A stretch of 64,000 bases of DNA from IMG/VR virus record IMGVR_UViG_3300028048_000042. One strand, given 5' to 3'. The notes under the pieces are model-generated. The model saw only the letters and a list, made by a program, of their open reading frames with translations, made no database searches and was not told the DNA's origin. Source of the DNA: a virus. Its lineage: Duplodnaviria; Caudoviricetes. A program made the translations under genes and the position numbers. Every line of letters starts with the position of its first letter. Within the stretch, counting starts at the first letter, position 1. Shown here one piece after another: positions 1 through 9,403 of the stretch.

Positions 1-213
1 ATATGTCCTGTATTTGAAAATTATGTATTTATTAGAATGGATGGAAGATTGGAAGCTACAGGATGTGAGCAACCAATTATTTCAAATAAATCCATTTATG
101 ATGATGACTTTGATTTAGAAGAAGAAAAACGTCAATTAACACAGGTTTGTAAATGTAAAAGGCAACCAAATAACGGAATGTGTGACCACGTACATGGATT
201 ACCACCTGATTAA
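1..213 (+). CDS. 3' end of a gene truncated by the window edge; probable SPASM/twitch-like C-terminus of a radical SAM protein
   Basis: Frame 1 is open from base 1: ICPVFENYVFIRMDGRLEATGCEQ...VCKCKRQPNNGMCDHVHGLPPD*, TAA at 211-213. The C-x-FI-x-x-DG-x-C plus terminal Cys pattern resembles radical SAM C-terminal Fe-S domains. Not in the ORF track. Confidence 0.5.
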   Translation: MCPVFENYVFIRMDGRLEATGCEQPIISNKSIYDDDFDLEEEKRQLTQVCKCKRQPNNGMCDHVHGLPPD

Positions 214-224
214 GGAGTTTGATT

Positions 225-590
225 ATGAAAAGATTGATAAAAAGGACAGCAAGGTATGTACCGAAACAAGAATTTGAAGTAAAAAGTTTTATATCAAAGG
301 ATGGTTTGCAATACACATATAATGTACGTATTGTAGGTAATGAACCTAGATACTCCATAGTTATCAATAGTGCTTATGATAGTTATTCTTTGTATGATGG
401 TGATGATTATGAAGGGTCGTTTAAAGTATTTTGTGAATTATCAATTGCATTGAAAGGCGTATCTTTTGCTGAAGATTTATATAGCACGAAAAAAGAAATT
501 GAAGAAAAAATCAAAAAGATGACAGTACAGCCAAGGGATAGCTATTTGAAATATAAACACTTATTCCTTGGAGATTCGGATATGGTGTAA
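225..590 (+). CDS. Hypothetical protein with MKRLIKRTA N-terminal tag (candidate inner-head protein)
   Basis: RBS AAGGAG at 212-217; start moved to ATG 225. Confidence 0.75.
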   Translation: MKRLIKRTARYVPKQEFEVKSFISKDGLQYTYNVRIVGNEPRYSIVINSAYDSYSLYDGDDYEGSFKVFCELSIALKGVSFAEDLYSTKKEIEEKIKKMTVQPRDSYLKYKHLFLGDSDMV

Positions 591-592
591 TT

Positions 593-793
593 ATGAAACG
601 ATTAGTAGCAGAAGAAATGACTCATAGAGATATAGTCATGCAATTTGGATTATCCAATCATACGTATAATGATTTAATTATTAATAATGGAGAAATTGAA
701 GATAGTAAATATACTCCTGAATATAAATTTGAAGAACCTTGTGATAATCCTGAATGGCGATTTAAAGACCAAAACAATTCACAAAAATTTTAA
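593..793 (+). CDS. Small hypothetical protein with MKRLVA tag
   Basis: Directly follows previous stop; shared N-terminal motif. Confidence 0.7.
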   Translation: MKRLVAEEMTHRDIVMQFGLSNHTYNDLIINNGEIEDSKYTPEYKFEEPCDNPEWRFKDQNNSQKF

Positions 794-878
794 AAAATAA
801 TATAATATTTTAAGGTTCTTTTATTTTTGTTATAGTGATATAATAAAAAATCTGTTATAAAAATTTAAATAGAAAAAG

Positions 879-2399
879 ATGGTGAATATTTTGAAAATTA
901 CTAAACAGAGTAATGGTCTGCCTGAATGGTTGTCCACGTTGGCAGACGTATTTAAGGAAAAGAAAAACGCCAAAGCAGAAATGCAGGTTGGCAACCTTCC
1001 AACAGTAGATTGGAACGATAACACATTTTATGTAGATGTTGTTGATGGTGAAGTAATTCTTTATAATCAGTATGGTAATGAAGTTCTTAAACTTATGGCT
1101 AATGAACTTGGTAAGACTGATGATGAAGATGTAGTAAGTGCTGTTGATAAATATTTGAATGAGCACTATGTAACTGCAAGCGTCAACTCTGAGGGTTCAA
1201 CAACTTTTGAAAAGAAAGTTATTGCTGAAGAGGGAGATATTGACGTTGACTTGGATGACAACGATACGAATCCTAATGATGAAATGGATATGGTCTTTGA
1301 GCAGGAACTTGAAAAAGTTGCTAGTATGGAAGACGGTATGCCTGAGGATGAAGGTTCAGGTGATTCAGAAGGTACTGATGGTGCTGAACAGCAGACAGCT
1401 ACAGCTTCTGTAGAAGAAGTTGAAGAAAACGTTGACGAAGAGCCTGTTGTAGAGGAAACTCCTGTAACAGAACCTGTGGCTTCTGATGAAGAACCTGCAA
1501 TTGCAACTGACCCTGTTGTTACTGAACAGCCTGAAGAAAAAGCAGGCGAACCTTCTCAGGGCGTTGAAGATGAAGCAGGAGAAATCTCTGAAGGTATTGA
1601 TGACGTAGCTACAAAAGGTGATGCAACACCTACTGATGATTTTGGTTTTGATGATGTAGATTCTGAACCTGTTGAAGAAGGTTGCGAATGCGAAGAATGT
1701 GCTTGTGAGGGTTGTGAAGAAGAATCTAAAGACAAAGAAGGTTTTGTAAGCCTTGCTTCTTATAATCGTCTTGTTGCACGTTTGAATGCTCTTGAAAAAA
1801 CAGTTAAGGCTTTTCAGGCAGAACAGAGAGCATATACAGACCCAGGTGATGTTTATGACCTCAATTGTCAGGAAGAAGAAGTAAAGAACTTTCAGAAAAG
1901 TGCTGCTGAAACACAGGCAGTAGTTGATGCAGAGCATGAATTGGATATGTCTAAGATGTCTGACCGTGCAAAGCTCAATGAAAATTTTGTAAATGAGGTT
2001 ATTAATAACAGTGCAGAACAGACAGAAGCAGTAAATGAAGTTGTTGCTCCTGCCGAAGTTCCTTCTGAAACTAATGAAGAAGTAACTGAAGAACCTGTTG
2101 CTACTGAAGAAGCAGTTGAGGGTGAAGTTGTAGAAGAACCAACAGAAGAAACATCTGAGGAAGCTACAGAAGAACCTGCAACTGATGAAGAAATTCCTGT
2201 TGAGGAAAATGCAACAGAAGCTGATTATGTTGCCCTTGATGAAGAACAGTTGAATAAATTTGCTAAAAAAATTTGTCCTTTCTGCGGTAAAGAACATTTG
2301 ACACCTGTTGATGAAGTAGGTGGTGTTATTGGTGTTCGTTGTGATGATTGCGGTAAGGAATTTGCCGTTAGTGATGACGAAGTATATACAAAAGAATAA
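879..2399 (+). CDS. Highly acidic low-complexity protein with C-terminal zinc ribbon; candidate prohead core/scaffold protein
   Basis: E/D/P/T-rich 506 aa, CPFC...CDDC at C-terminus, internal KVIA/KVAS motifs, high-expression codon usage, paralogous segments with 53975..54721. Confidence 0.6.
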   Translation: MVNILKITKQSNGLPEWLSTLADVFKEKKNAKAEMQVGNLPTVDWNDNTFYVDVVDGEVILYNQYGNEVLKLMANELGKTDDEDVVSAVDKYLNEHYVTASVNSEGSTTFEKKVIAEEGDIDVDLDDNDTNPNDEMDMVFEQELEKVASMEDGMPEDEGSGDSEGTDGAEQQTATASVEEVEENVDEEPVVEETPVTEPVASDEEPAIATDPVVTEQPEEKAGEPSQGVEDEAGEISEGIDDVATKGDATPTDDFGFDDVDSEPVEEGCECEECACEGCEEESKDKEGFVSLASYNRLVARLNALEKTVKAFQAEQRAYTDPGDVYDLNCQEEEVKNFQKSAAETQAVVDAEHELDMSKMSDRAKLNENFVNEVINNSAEQTEAVNEVVAPAEVPSETNEEVTEEPVATEEAVEGEVVEEPTEETSEEATEEPATDEEIPVEENATEADYVALDEEQLNKFAKKICPFCGKEHLTPVDEVGGVIGVRCDDCGKEFAVSDDEVYTKE

Positions 2400-2420
2400 T
2401 TAAAGGCAGGTAAAAATAAA

Positions 2421-2645
2421 ATGAGCATGATTCATGGTAAAACGATTACAGCAGGTCTTAATGTAAATAATACAAGTATTCAGGAAATGCTAACACTCAT
2501 GGGTGTTGAAGCTACTGATGAAATGACCAACAATGCAATGAATTATTTCTTGCAGAAAAAGGAAGGTATTACAATGGCAGGTCTTTATGATTTCCTTCAG
2601 TCCGAAGGTGTTATGGGCGTTGCTAAAGTAGTAGATATTCGATAA
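2421..2645 (+). CDS. Small hypothetical protein
   Basis: RBS AGGCAGGT, followed by terminator. Confidence 0.7.
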   Translation: MSMIHGKTITAGLNVNNTSIQEMLTLMGVEATDEMTNNAMNYFLQKKEGITMAGLYDFLQSEGVMGVAKVVDIR

Positions 2646-2654
2646 GAAATTTTG

Positions 2655-2683
2655 AAAGAGGAAGAAAATTCTTCCTCTTTTTT
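2655..2683 (+). terminator. Intrinsic terminator
   Basis: AAAGAGGAAGAA-aa-TTCTTCCTCTTT followed by T run. Confidence 0.85.
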
Positions 2684-2749
2684 GTTATATTTTTTTGTTT
2701 TAAAGTTATATTTTTGTTGAAAATTTTGAACGATAAGGATTGAAAAAAT

Positions 2750-3169
2750 ATGATTTTGAAAAAAGAGAGAATGCGCAATTATATCAACTATGATTACAAT
2801 GAAGACGAATACGAAGAAAGTCCTGTATATACATATAAACTCAATGAGGAAGAAGACGATGAATATGATGAAGAAAAAAATAAAGATTTTGGTGCTAGTG
2901 ATGACTCTATCATTGACAATTTGGATAAAGATATTCCAATGCAACCTCACCCAACTGTTAGAAAACACAGAAAACAACGTGCCACAACAATGAATAAGCG
3001 TAAGAAATTAGATGTTGTTTATGAAGTAGGAACGGAAGTTATTTACAAAAAGAAAAAAGCCAAAGTTATTTTTGGGCCTTATGAAAAAAATTATAAATTT
3101 GTTTACGAATTGCAAATGGAAGATGGCAGTATTACAAGTGCAATTGCAACCTCTGTAAAAAAAGCATAA
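2750..3169 (+). CDS. Hypothetical protein: acidic N-terminus, KOW/SH3-like C-terminal domain
   Basis: C-terminal YEVGTEVIYKKKKAKVIFGPYEK resembles a KOW motif (GxxVxVxxGPF). Confidence 0.55.
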   Translation: MILKKERMRNYINYDYNEDEYEESPVYTYKLNEEEDDEYDEEKNKDFGASDDSIIDNLDKDIPMQPHPTVRKHRKQRATTMNKRKKLDVVYEVGTEVIYKKKKAKVIFGPYEKNYKFVYELQMEDGSITSAIATSVKKA

Positions 3170-3173
3170 AATT

Positions 3174-3206
3174 AAAGGATAACTATATAGTTATCCTTTT
3201 TTTTTT
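3174..3206 (+). terminator. Intrinsic terminator
   Basis: AAAGGATAAC-tatata-GTTATCCTTT plus T run. Confidence 0.85.
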
Positions 3207-3333
3207 AATTGTGCGGTTTTTGTCAGAATATGTATGTAAAGCAATAGAAATATTAAGCAATTTAAAAAAAATATTTAATGATTAGGTACTTGAAATAAGT
3301 ATTTTATATCGTAAATAAAATGAGGTGATATTT

Positions 3334-5811
3334 ATGAATAAACCTGTAGCAGGTAGCGAATACCGCGAAATGGGCGCATGGGGGCAGGAATTAAAAGTTT
3401 CTGCTCAGAAAGACCCAAATATGACGGTTGACGTAAATGCAGGTATTTTTTATACTGAGGGTATGAAACTTGTAGAATATGAAGGTGGCGTATCTCCTGT
3501 AATTAAAAAACCTTCTCAGTATAATGAATGGGTTGTTGTTTGCTTAAACAAACAGGGTACTCTTTATGTATTAGAAGGTGCTCCTGCACAGAAACCTGAA
3601 TTACCTGTTCTTGAAAAGAATTATCTTCCATTGGCTGCTATTTATTTAACTGCCAATACTACAAAAATCACAAGCGATATGATTTTTGATGTTCGTCCTC
3701 GCTTTGTAGCAGGTGGATATGCAGTTGACCATGCTAATGTAGAAAATACTAAGCAGGAAAATTGCCATCCTATTGATGCTATTACAAACCTTCGTGAAAC
3801 ATTGGATTCAAAAGCAACTCTGCTTGACCTTGATAAGTTAGATGAAAAGATTGATAATGTACATGGTACAAATGCAGCTACATTCGTACTTAATCAGGCT
3901 CAAACAGGTGTTCCTTTTGCTAATGTAGGTATTGCAGTTAAACGTGGTGAAGAAAACACCGTAGGTATTCGTTTTAACGAACATAAAGGTGCTTGGGAAT
4001 TCACAAATGATGGTTCTGTATGGAACGAATTCATTACTACTGTATCTTTGGATGGTAGTTTGCGTGAAGCAACTGCTAGTTCAAAAGGTGTTTCTCAGCT
4101 TTCTTGTGAACCTGTAGATGCATTCAAACCAATTGCTGTTGGTGATAATGACCCACGTATTTTGGCTGTAGCTAACAAAGCTGATAAAGTAGATGTTTAC
4201 ACCAAAGACGAAGTGGATGCAAAAATTTCAGAAAAAATTGATGACAAATTTACCTATTCTCGTCAATCCATTGATGAAATGCTCAAAGGTAAAATGGATG
4301 TAGGCACAATTTATACCGAAGCTGAAATTGATGCAAAATTGATGGGTAAAGCCAATGTTGGTGACTCTTACGATAAGGCAGAGGTTGATGTTGCGCTTGA
4401 TAAGAAAGCAAATAAAGCCGATGTTTATAGCAAGGTAGATGCTGATGCTGAATTTGCCAAGAAAGTTGCTGTATATGACAAAGCTGAAGCTGATACATTG
4501 TTTGCCAATAAAGCAAATGTAGCTGATGTTTATGACCGTTCTCAGGTAGACCTTATGCTTGCTGATAAAGCAGATGTTAATAATGTCTATGACCGAGCAC
4601 AGGTAGATGGAGCATTGCTTTTAAAAGCAGATAAAACTGATGTATATACTCAGGGTGAAGTAGACGCTGCACTTGCTCTTAAAGCAAATACTGAAAGTGT
4701 ATATAGCAAAACTGATGCAGATAACTTGCTCTTATTAAAAGCAGATAAATCAGATGTTTATGGTAAAGCTGACGCTGATTCTACATTTGCAACAAAAACT
4801 GAAGTATATAATAAAAACGAAGCAGATGCATTACTCGCAGATAAGGCAAATGCAGTTGATGTTTATAGCAAAACAGATGCTGATGTTAAGTTTGATGAAA
4901 AAGCAAATGTACTTGATGTTTATAATAAAACTCAGGCAGATGCATTGCTTGACACAAAAGCAGATAAAGCTAGTGTTTTCACAAAAGTAGAAATCGCTGA
5001 TGAATTGCTTCCTTATGCTAAAACTGATGATGTAATTACTCGTCTTGGTGATTATGCAAAAGCAAAAGTAACATATACAAAAGCTGAAGTTGACAATAAA
5101 CTTACTGAAAAAGCTAACGTTGCAGATGTTAAAGCTGCTCTCGAAATCAAAGCCGATGCTGCTCAGTATGATACAACTGCTGTTGTTAATGCTAAACTCG
5201 AAAACTATGTACGTAAGTCTGATTTCAATGTTCTTAACACAGAAGCGGCACGTTTGGCTGATGTATATACAAAAGCTGATATTGATGCTAAATTGAAAGA
5301 TAAAGGCAATAAGGCAGAATTGGTAGATTTGATTTCTACAAAAGTTGATGATGCTGATTTGCTTGAATATGTTAAGAAAGATGAACTTGATACAAAACTT
5401 AACAAATATGCTACAGTTAGTGTTGTAAACGCAAAAGCAGATGCTATTGATGTTTATACTAAAGATGAAGCTGATGCTAAGTATGAAACAACAAAACATT
5501 TAGCATCAACTCTTGCATTGTATGCAAAGAAATCCGAAATTGTTACTGCTGTTGACCTTAGTGATGAATTGTTGAAATATGCTACAACAGTTAGTGTTTC
5601 TGCAAAAGCTGACAAAACAGAAGTTGCAAAAGTTCAAAAAGATGTAGATGATTTGGCAGACATTGTTGGTCAGAAAGCTGAAATGTCACAGTTGAATATG
5701 TATATGAAAAAATCAGATTCCGTAGATAACGTTGTTCTTGAATCTGCTGATGGAAGCAAATTCCGTCTTACAGTTGATAATGACGGTAATCTCTCTGCGG
5801 TAAAACTCTAA
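3334..5811 (+). CDS. Fibre-like virion protein (head/collar/tail fibre) with long coiled-coil repeat shaft
   Basis: RBS GAGGTG then ATG 3334; many KA(D/N)xxDVYxKxExD repeats; C-terminal VLESADGSKFRLTVDNDGNL beta-hairpin typical of trimeric fibre ends. Confidence 0.7.
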   Translation: MNKPVAGSEYREMGAWGQELKVSAQKDPNMTVDVNAGIFYTEGMKLVEYEGGVSPVIKKPSQYNEWVVVCLNKQGTLYVLEGAPAQKPELPVLEKNYLPLAAIYLTANTTKITSDMIFDVRPRFVAGGYAVDHANVENTKQENCHPIDAITNLRETLDSKATLLDLDKLDEKIDNVHGTNAATFVLNQAQTGVPFANVGIAVKRGEENTVGIRFNEHKGAWEFTNDGSVWNEFITTVSLDGSLREATASSKGVSQLSCEPVDAFKPIAVGDNDPRILAVANKADKVDVYTKDEVDAKISEKIDDKFTYSRQSIDEMLKGKMDVGTIYTEAEIDAKLMGKANVGDSYDKAEVDVALDKKANKADVYSKVDADAEFAKKVAVYDKAEADTLFANKANVADVYDRSQVDLMLADKADVNNVYDRAQVDGALLLKADKTDVYTQGEVDAALALKANTESVYSKTDADNLLLLKADKSDVYGKADADSTFATKTEVYNKNEADALLADKANAVDVYSKTDADVKFDEKANVLDVYNKTQADALLDTKADKASVFTKVEIADELLPYAKTDDVITRLGDYAKAKVTYTKAEVDNKLTEKANVADVKAALEIKADAAQYDTTAVVNAKLENYVRKSDFNVLNTEAARLADVYTKADIDAKLKDKGNKAELVDLISTKVDDADLLEYVKKDELDTKLNKYATVSVVNAKADAIDVYTKDEADAKYETTKHLASTLALYAKKSEIVTAVDLSDELLKYATTVSVSAKADKTEVAKVQKDVDDLADIVGQKAEMSQLNMYMKKSDSVDNVVLESADGSKFRLTVDNDGNLSAVKL
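4171..5700 (+). repeat. Degenerate coding repeats of ~19 aa (57 bp), some 15 aa, consensus KADKxDVYxKxExDxxL
   Basis: e.g. KADKVDVYTKDEVDAKISE, KANVGDSYDKAEVDVALDK, KADKTDVYTQGEVDAALAL. Confidence 0.85.
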
Positions 5812-5816
5812 TATTG

Positions 5817-5853
5817 AAAAAGGGATAGGAAATTAATCCTATCTCTTTTTTTT
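5817..5853 (+). terminator. Intrinsic terminator
   Basis: AAAAAGGGATAGGA-aattaa-TCCTATCTCTTTTT. Confidence 0.8.
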
Positions 5854-5881
5854 TAACTATAATAAAAGGTAAGGTATTTAC

Positions 5882-5896
5882 TATATTTTTTTTAGA
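5882..5896 (+). promoter_or_regulatory. Candidate late promoter TATATT-N5-TAGA upstream of portal
   Basis: Recurrent TAT-N8-TAGA motif found upstream of about 11 transcription units. Confidence 0.5.
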
Positions 5897-5922
5897 ATAA
5901 TAAGCAGAAGGATGGTAAGATA

Positions 5923-7680
5923 ATGAAAAGAAACCATAGAACTGCTGTTGCTAATAGAACAAATAATTTGGCTATGAATAGCATTATTGATAAAAGTGAT
6001 TTGCCTAAGAGTATTCAGCGACAAATGAAGCGCAATTCAAAAATGGCAAAAGCTTCAGGTGTAGATATTAGAATGTCAAACCCTGTATTTTATCAGCCAC
6101 TATTTCAAAGCACAAATATGTTGTTGCCTAGAGATAGGCGTGAAAGAAATGAGTGGTGTCGCCACTTTTATCGAACAGAACCTATCATTGCAACGGCATT
6201 AGATTTACATACAGAATTTCCAATATCTGATTTGAATAATGTGTGCTCGGATAGCTATATCAGGAAGTTTTTTGATTATATGGCATTTGAAAAGCTAGAT
6301 TTAGTCAATCTTTTGTTGGATATTGGTCTTGAATATTGGAAAATTGGTGATGTTTTCCCATTTGGTCAGTTTAATGAATCTGAAGGTATGTGGGAAAAGT
6401 TCACGTTGTTAAATCCTGATTTTGTCAATATTAATTCTTCTATTTTTGCAGGTCAGGAACAGATTGAAATGATTCCTGATGATACCATGACAAGTATTAT
6501 TGCAAATGGCCCTTCAGGTTCATTAGGTGATTTGTATAGACAATTCCCTGAAGATATTATTATGCAGGTTAGACAAGGTAAAAATATTGCGTTGGATAAT
6601 CGTTTAGTATCTCATATTACCCATAAAGCTAGTTCCTATGAAACTTGGGGAACACCATTAATGATGCGTTGTTTTAAAACGTTGATTTATAAAGATAAAT
6701 TGAGACAAGCACAGGATGCTATTGCAAATAGACATATTATGCCTTTGCGTGTAGCAAAAATTGGTACACCTGGTGAGCCTATGCCATCACAGGCTGATAT
6801 TGATGATTTTCGCGATACATTGCTTGAAGGTGAGGGCGACCCAAACTATTTCCTTGTTTATCATTATGGTTTGTCTTTTGAGTATGTTGGTTCAACAGGA
6901 AAAATCCTTCCTTTGAATACAGAATTTGATTTTATTCAGCAAGAACTTATGACAGGTCTTGGTATTACACAGGCAATGCTTAATGGTGATGGTTCGGGTT
7001 ATACACAAGCACAGGTTGGTGCAGAAGCGTTAGCTAGACGTTATGCGGCTTATCGTTTGAGGTTGGAACGTTGGATTAGAGAACATGTTTATAAACCTGT
7101 TGCAGAAACACAGGGTTTTTATAAACCGAAAAATGGTTCAGGTGCTATTGCTACAAAATATATGACAGCTAGTGAAAGAAAACGTGCTGTAGCAAATAAA
7201 GAGATGGATTTGATTGTTCCGAAACTTTTGTGGCAGAAGCAAGATTTGACTTCAAATCAGACAGCAATGACATTTATTCAGAATTTACGTGATAAGGGAT
7301 TAATCTCCATGACTACAGTATTACCGTTGTTGTCGCTTGACCCTGAAACAGAAAAACGAAATCTTGAAGCAGAACGTGGTACTGTATTTGATGAAAATGC
7401 ACCTAAAACAGGGCCTTTGCCAAAAGAAGGTCAATTGCTTAATGATGAATTTGAGACAGGTTATACTATGCGTGAAATTTCACCTGAAAGTCAATTTGAA
7501 GAGGTAGATTACACATTTGATGAAAGTGGAAATGCTGTTTCTACAGGTAATAATCCTGCTGACTTTGGGTTAGAAAGACACGATTCAATTGGTCAGAATT
7601 CAGCAAAACAAGCTTTAGATGTAAATAAATTTTTTAATAAGAAAGAACCTGTGGATAAGATTTTAATTAAAAAGAAATGA
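5923..7680 (+). CDS. Portal protein
   Basis: 585 aa; W(C)RHFYxxEPIIATALDLHTEFP, EYWKIGDVF, LLNPDFV and WGTPLMMR...YKDKLRQAQ patterns of large-phage portals; position upstream of protease and capsid. Confidence 0.85.
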   Translation: MKRNHRTAVANRTNNLAMNSIIDKSDLPKSIQRQMKRNSKMAKASGVDIRMSNPVFYQPLFQSTNMLLPRDRRERNEWCRHFYRTEPIIATALDLHTEFPISDLNNVCSDSYIRKFFDYMAFEKLDLVNLLLDIGLEYWKIGDVFPFGQFNESEGMWEKFTLLNPDFVNINSSIFAGQEQIEMIPDDTMTSIIANGPSGSLGDLYRQFPEDIIMQVRQGKNIALDNRLVSHITHKASSYETWGTPLMMRCFKTLIYKDKLRQAQDAIANRHIMPLRVAKIGTPGEPMPSQADIDDFRDTLLEGEGDPNYFLVYHYGLSFEYVGSTGKILPLNTEFDFIQQELMTGLGITQAMLNGDGSGYTQAQVGAEALARRYAAYRLRLERWIREHVYKPVAETQGFYKPKNGSGAIATKYMTASERKRAVANKEMDLIVPKLLWQKQDLTSNQTAMTFIQNLRDKGLISMTTVLPLLSLDPETEKRNLEAERGTVFDENAPKTGPLPKEGQLLNDEFETGYTMREISPESQFEEVDYTFDESGNAVSTGNNPADFGLERHDSIGQNSAKQALDVNKFFNKKEPVDKILIKKK

Positions 7681-7685
7681 TGTAA

Positions 7686-7721
7686 AAAATAATGGCATAT
7701 AATAAATATGCCATTATTTTT
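7686..7721 (+). terminator. Intrinsic terminator
   Basis: AAAAATAATGGCATAT-aataa-ATATGCCATTATTTTT. Confidence 0.8.
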
Positions 7722-7731
7722 GTGAAGGAGG

Positions 7732-8748
7732 ATGTTGCTTTTGGAAATGTCAGTTAAATGTATTTCAGATGATGTTATGGCAGGAGCTATTGAAACATTA
7801 AATGTAGATACAGATTTAAATTCTAAAGCAAATACGATAGCAGAAATTTTAGTGAACGGAATTTTATTGACTACAGAACAGGCTGTAAAAAATACAGATG
7901 AAAATTATTATGTTTCTACTAATTTCCAAAAAATGCAATCTGAACACATTGAAGAAATTCATACAATGTGGGCTAGACAGATGTATTTGTTTTTGGAGAA
8001 AAAATATGGAAAAATTAAACAAGGTGAATTTTTGGATGGATTGAAAAAAATTCTTTGTGGCGAAATTTCCAATTGGTATAAAAAAGCACAATATCAGATT
8101 ATCAAAGAAGAGAATCTTTGTATGGATTTTGTTTGTCATGATTCTGCTTGTGCTATTTGTAAATGTATGGAACAGAATGAATATGTAGAAGAAAAACTCC
8201 TTTTTGGTGATACTTGTGATTCATATTTTGTAAAACCTGTAAATATGATGGAAGTGGATAATTTGATTAGTGGGGCAATTAAATTCTACGATGTTCCAAA
8301 AAAATATAAGAAATCTGTCGCTAGTTTTTATAAATTGACGAAAATTAAATTCGATAGATTTATGAAAAAATCTATAAAAATCAAGTTTGTTTCAGAATTC
8401 GATTATGGAGATGAATACAAAGATATTACAGATATGATTAACTTTGTATATGATTCTGAAAAAAATCAGTTTGAAATTAAATTTGACGATAGAACTTATC
8501 AGCATGATATTTTAAAAGCGTTTTTTCATGATGTAAAACCGACAGAAAAAATGACGGAGTTGTATTATGCCAAAACTTCAAAAGATGTGATTTTTCCAAA
8601 AGGTAATTTTATTACATATTTAGCAGGACAAAATGAATATGAATACATGAAGGAATCGCTCATTGCTTATGTATTAACCCCTTGGAAATTGAAAGTTGTG
8701 GACAATGAAATGTTTCAACTGATTCAGTCGGAGGTGGAGAAGCGTTGA
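7732..8748 (+). CDS. Putative head morphogenesis (MuF/SPP1 gp7-like) protein with degenerate zincin-like C-terminus
   Basis: Directly after portal; CxxC (CAIC)...C; C-terminal EYMKESLIAYVLTPWKLK resembles ExFAE motif tail of anthrax-LF-like peptidases but there is no HExxH. Confidence 0.4.
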   Translation: MLLLEMSVKCISDDVMAGAIETLNVDTDLNSKANTIAEILVNGILLTTEQAVKNTDENYYVSTNFQKMQSEHIEEIHTMWARQMYLFLEKKYGKIKQGEFLDGLKKILCGEISNWYKKAQYQIIKEENLCMDFVCHDSACAICKCMEQNEYVEEKLLFGDTCDSYFVKPVNMMEVDNLISGAIKFYDVPKKYKKSVASFYKLTKIKFDRFMKKSIKIKFVSEFDYGDEYKDITDMINFVYDSEKNQFEIKFDDRTYQHDILKAFFHDVKPTEKMTELYYAKTSKDVIFPKGNFITYLAGQNEYEYMKESLIAYVLTPWKLKVVDNEMFQLIQSEVEKR

Positions 8749-9071
8749 TGTATTCGTTTGAAATTTGGTTTGCAAATCAGAAAAGGGCAAAGGTTTGCAT
8801 TGATACTGAAGAAATGGTAATGGGATTTAAAGGCGGTAAAGATGATACTTTAAATTCATTGTTAACTATTATTGTAAATGCCCCATATTTAACAACCAAT
8901 ACAGGAGGTTTCAAAAATTCTTCATATATTGGATTGAAAGAAAAAATTACGATAAAAGACGAACGATTTGTTGACGTTTTAAAAACGCAATTGTTTCCAT
9001 ATGAGATAAAAAATCGTTCAGAAGTAAAAGATTTGACAATTGAAGAAGTTTTAAATACTGAAATCTCCTAA
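8745..9071 (+). CDS. Hypothetical protein
   Basis: RBS GGAGG, overlaps previous stop. Confidence 0.7.
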   Translation: MMYSFEIWFANQKRAKVCIDTEEMVMGFKGGKDDTLNSLLTIIVNAPYLTTNTGGFKNSSYIGLKEKITIKDERFVDVLKTQLFPYEIKNRSEVKDLTIEEVLNTEIS

Positions 9072-9100
9072 CGTATATAAGAATTGAAGGAGAGAATTGT

Positions 9101-9403
9101 ATGTTAAAAAGACTCTGTAATCATGTTTCTCCATTTACACATAATGTAGTTACTGATATTGTAAAGAAAAGTTCTAGCAATGAGATTGCTAGTAGTTATG
9201 CTCATGTGTTAGCAAAACAAATTTTGGCAGACTTGCCATTAATTCCGACAGGACATTTGGTTTATAATTTGACTCAGCAGATTCAGTTTGGTTTGCTTGA
9301 TTCTGTTTGTCCTTTGGAAGATGTAAAAAATCATTGGCAGGAATGCTTAGATGTTGCAGGTCAGTATTTAAAAGATATGGGTATTTGGTGTGAAGCGAAA
9401 TGA
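9101..9403 (+). CDS. Hypothetical head-region protein (MLKRL start)
   Basis: RBS AAGGAG; ATGA overlap with protease gene. Confidence 0.7.
   Translation: MLKRLCNHVSPFTHNVVTDIVKKSSSNEIASSYAHVLAKQILADLPLIPTGHLVYNLTQQIQFGLLDSVCPLEDVKNHWQECLDVAGQYLKDMGIWCEAK

Noticed and set aside
77-367. Minus-strand 96-aa ORF
   Set aside because: Overlaps two better supported + strand genes (1..213 and 225..590)
1678-1720. CECEECACEGC stretch in the 879 protein as another radical SAM substrate
   Set aside because: Short, embedded in an acidic disordered region with no coupled maturase; more likely low-complexity or metal-binding
1365-2297. Long minus-strand ORFs (also 4831..5499, 15158..16051, 53993..54685, 57463..57990 and many shorter ones)
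   Set aside because: Phe/Ser-rich antisense shadows of strongly biased + strand genes, no RBS, no motifs
4171-5700. Periodic repeats considered as CRISPR array or tandem DNA repeat
   Set aside because: Conserved at protein level with synonymous variation, no identical repeats with unique spacers, no cas genes
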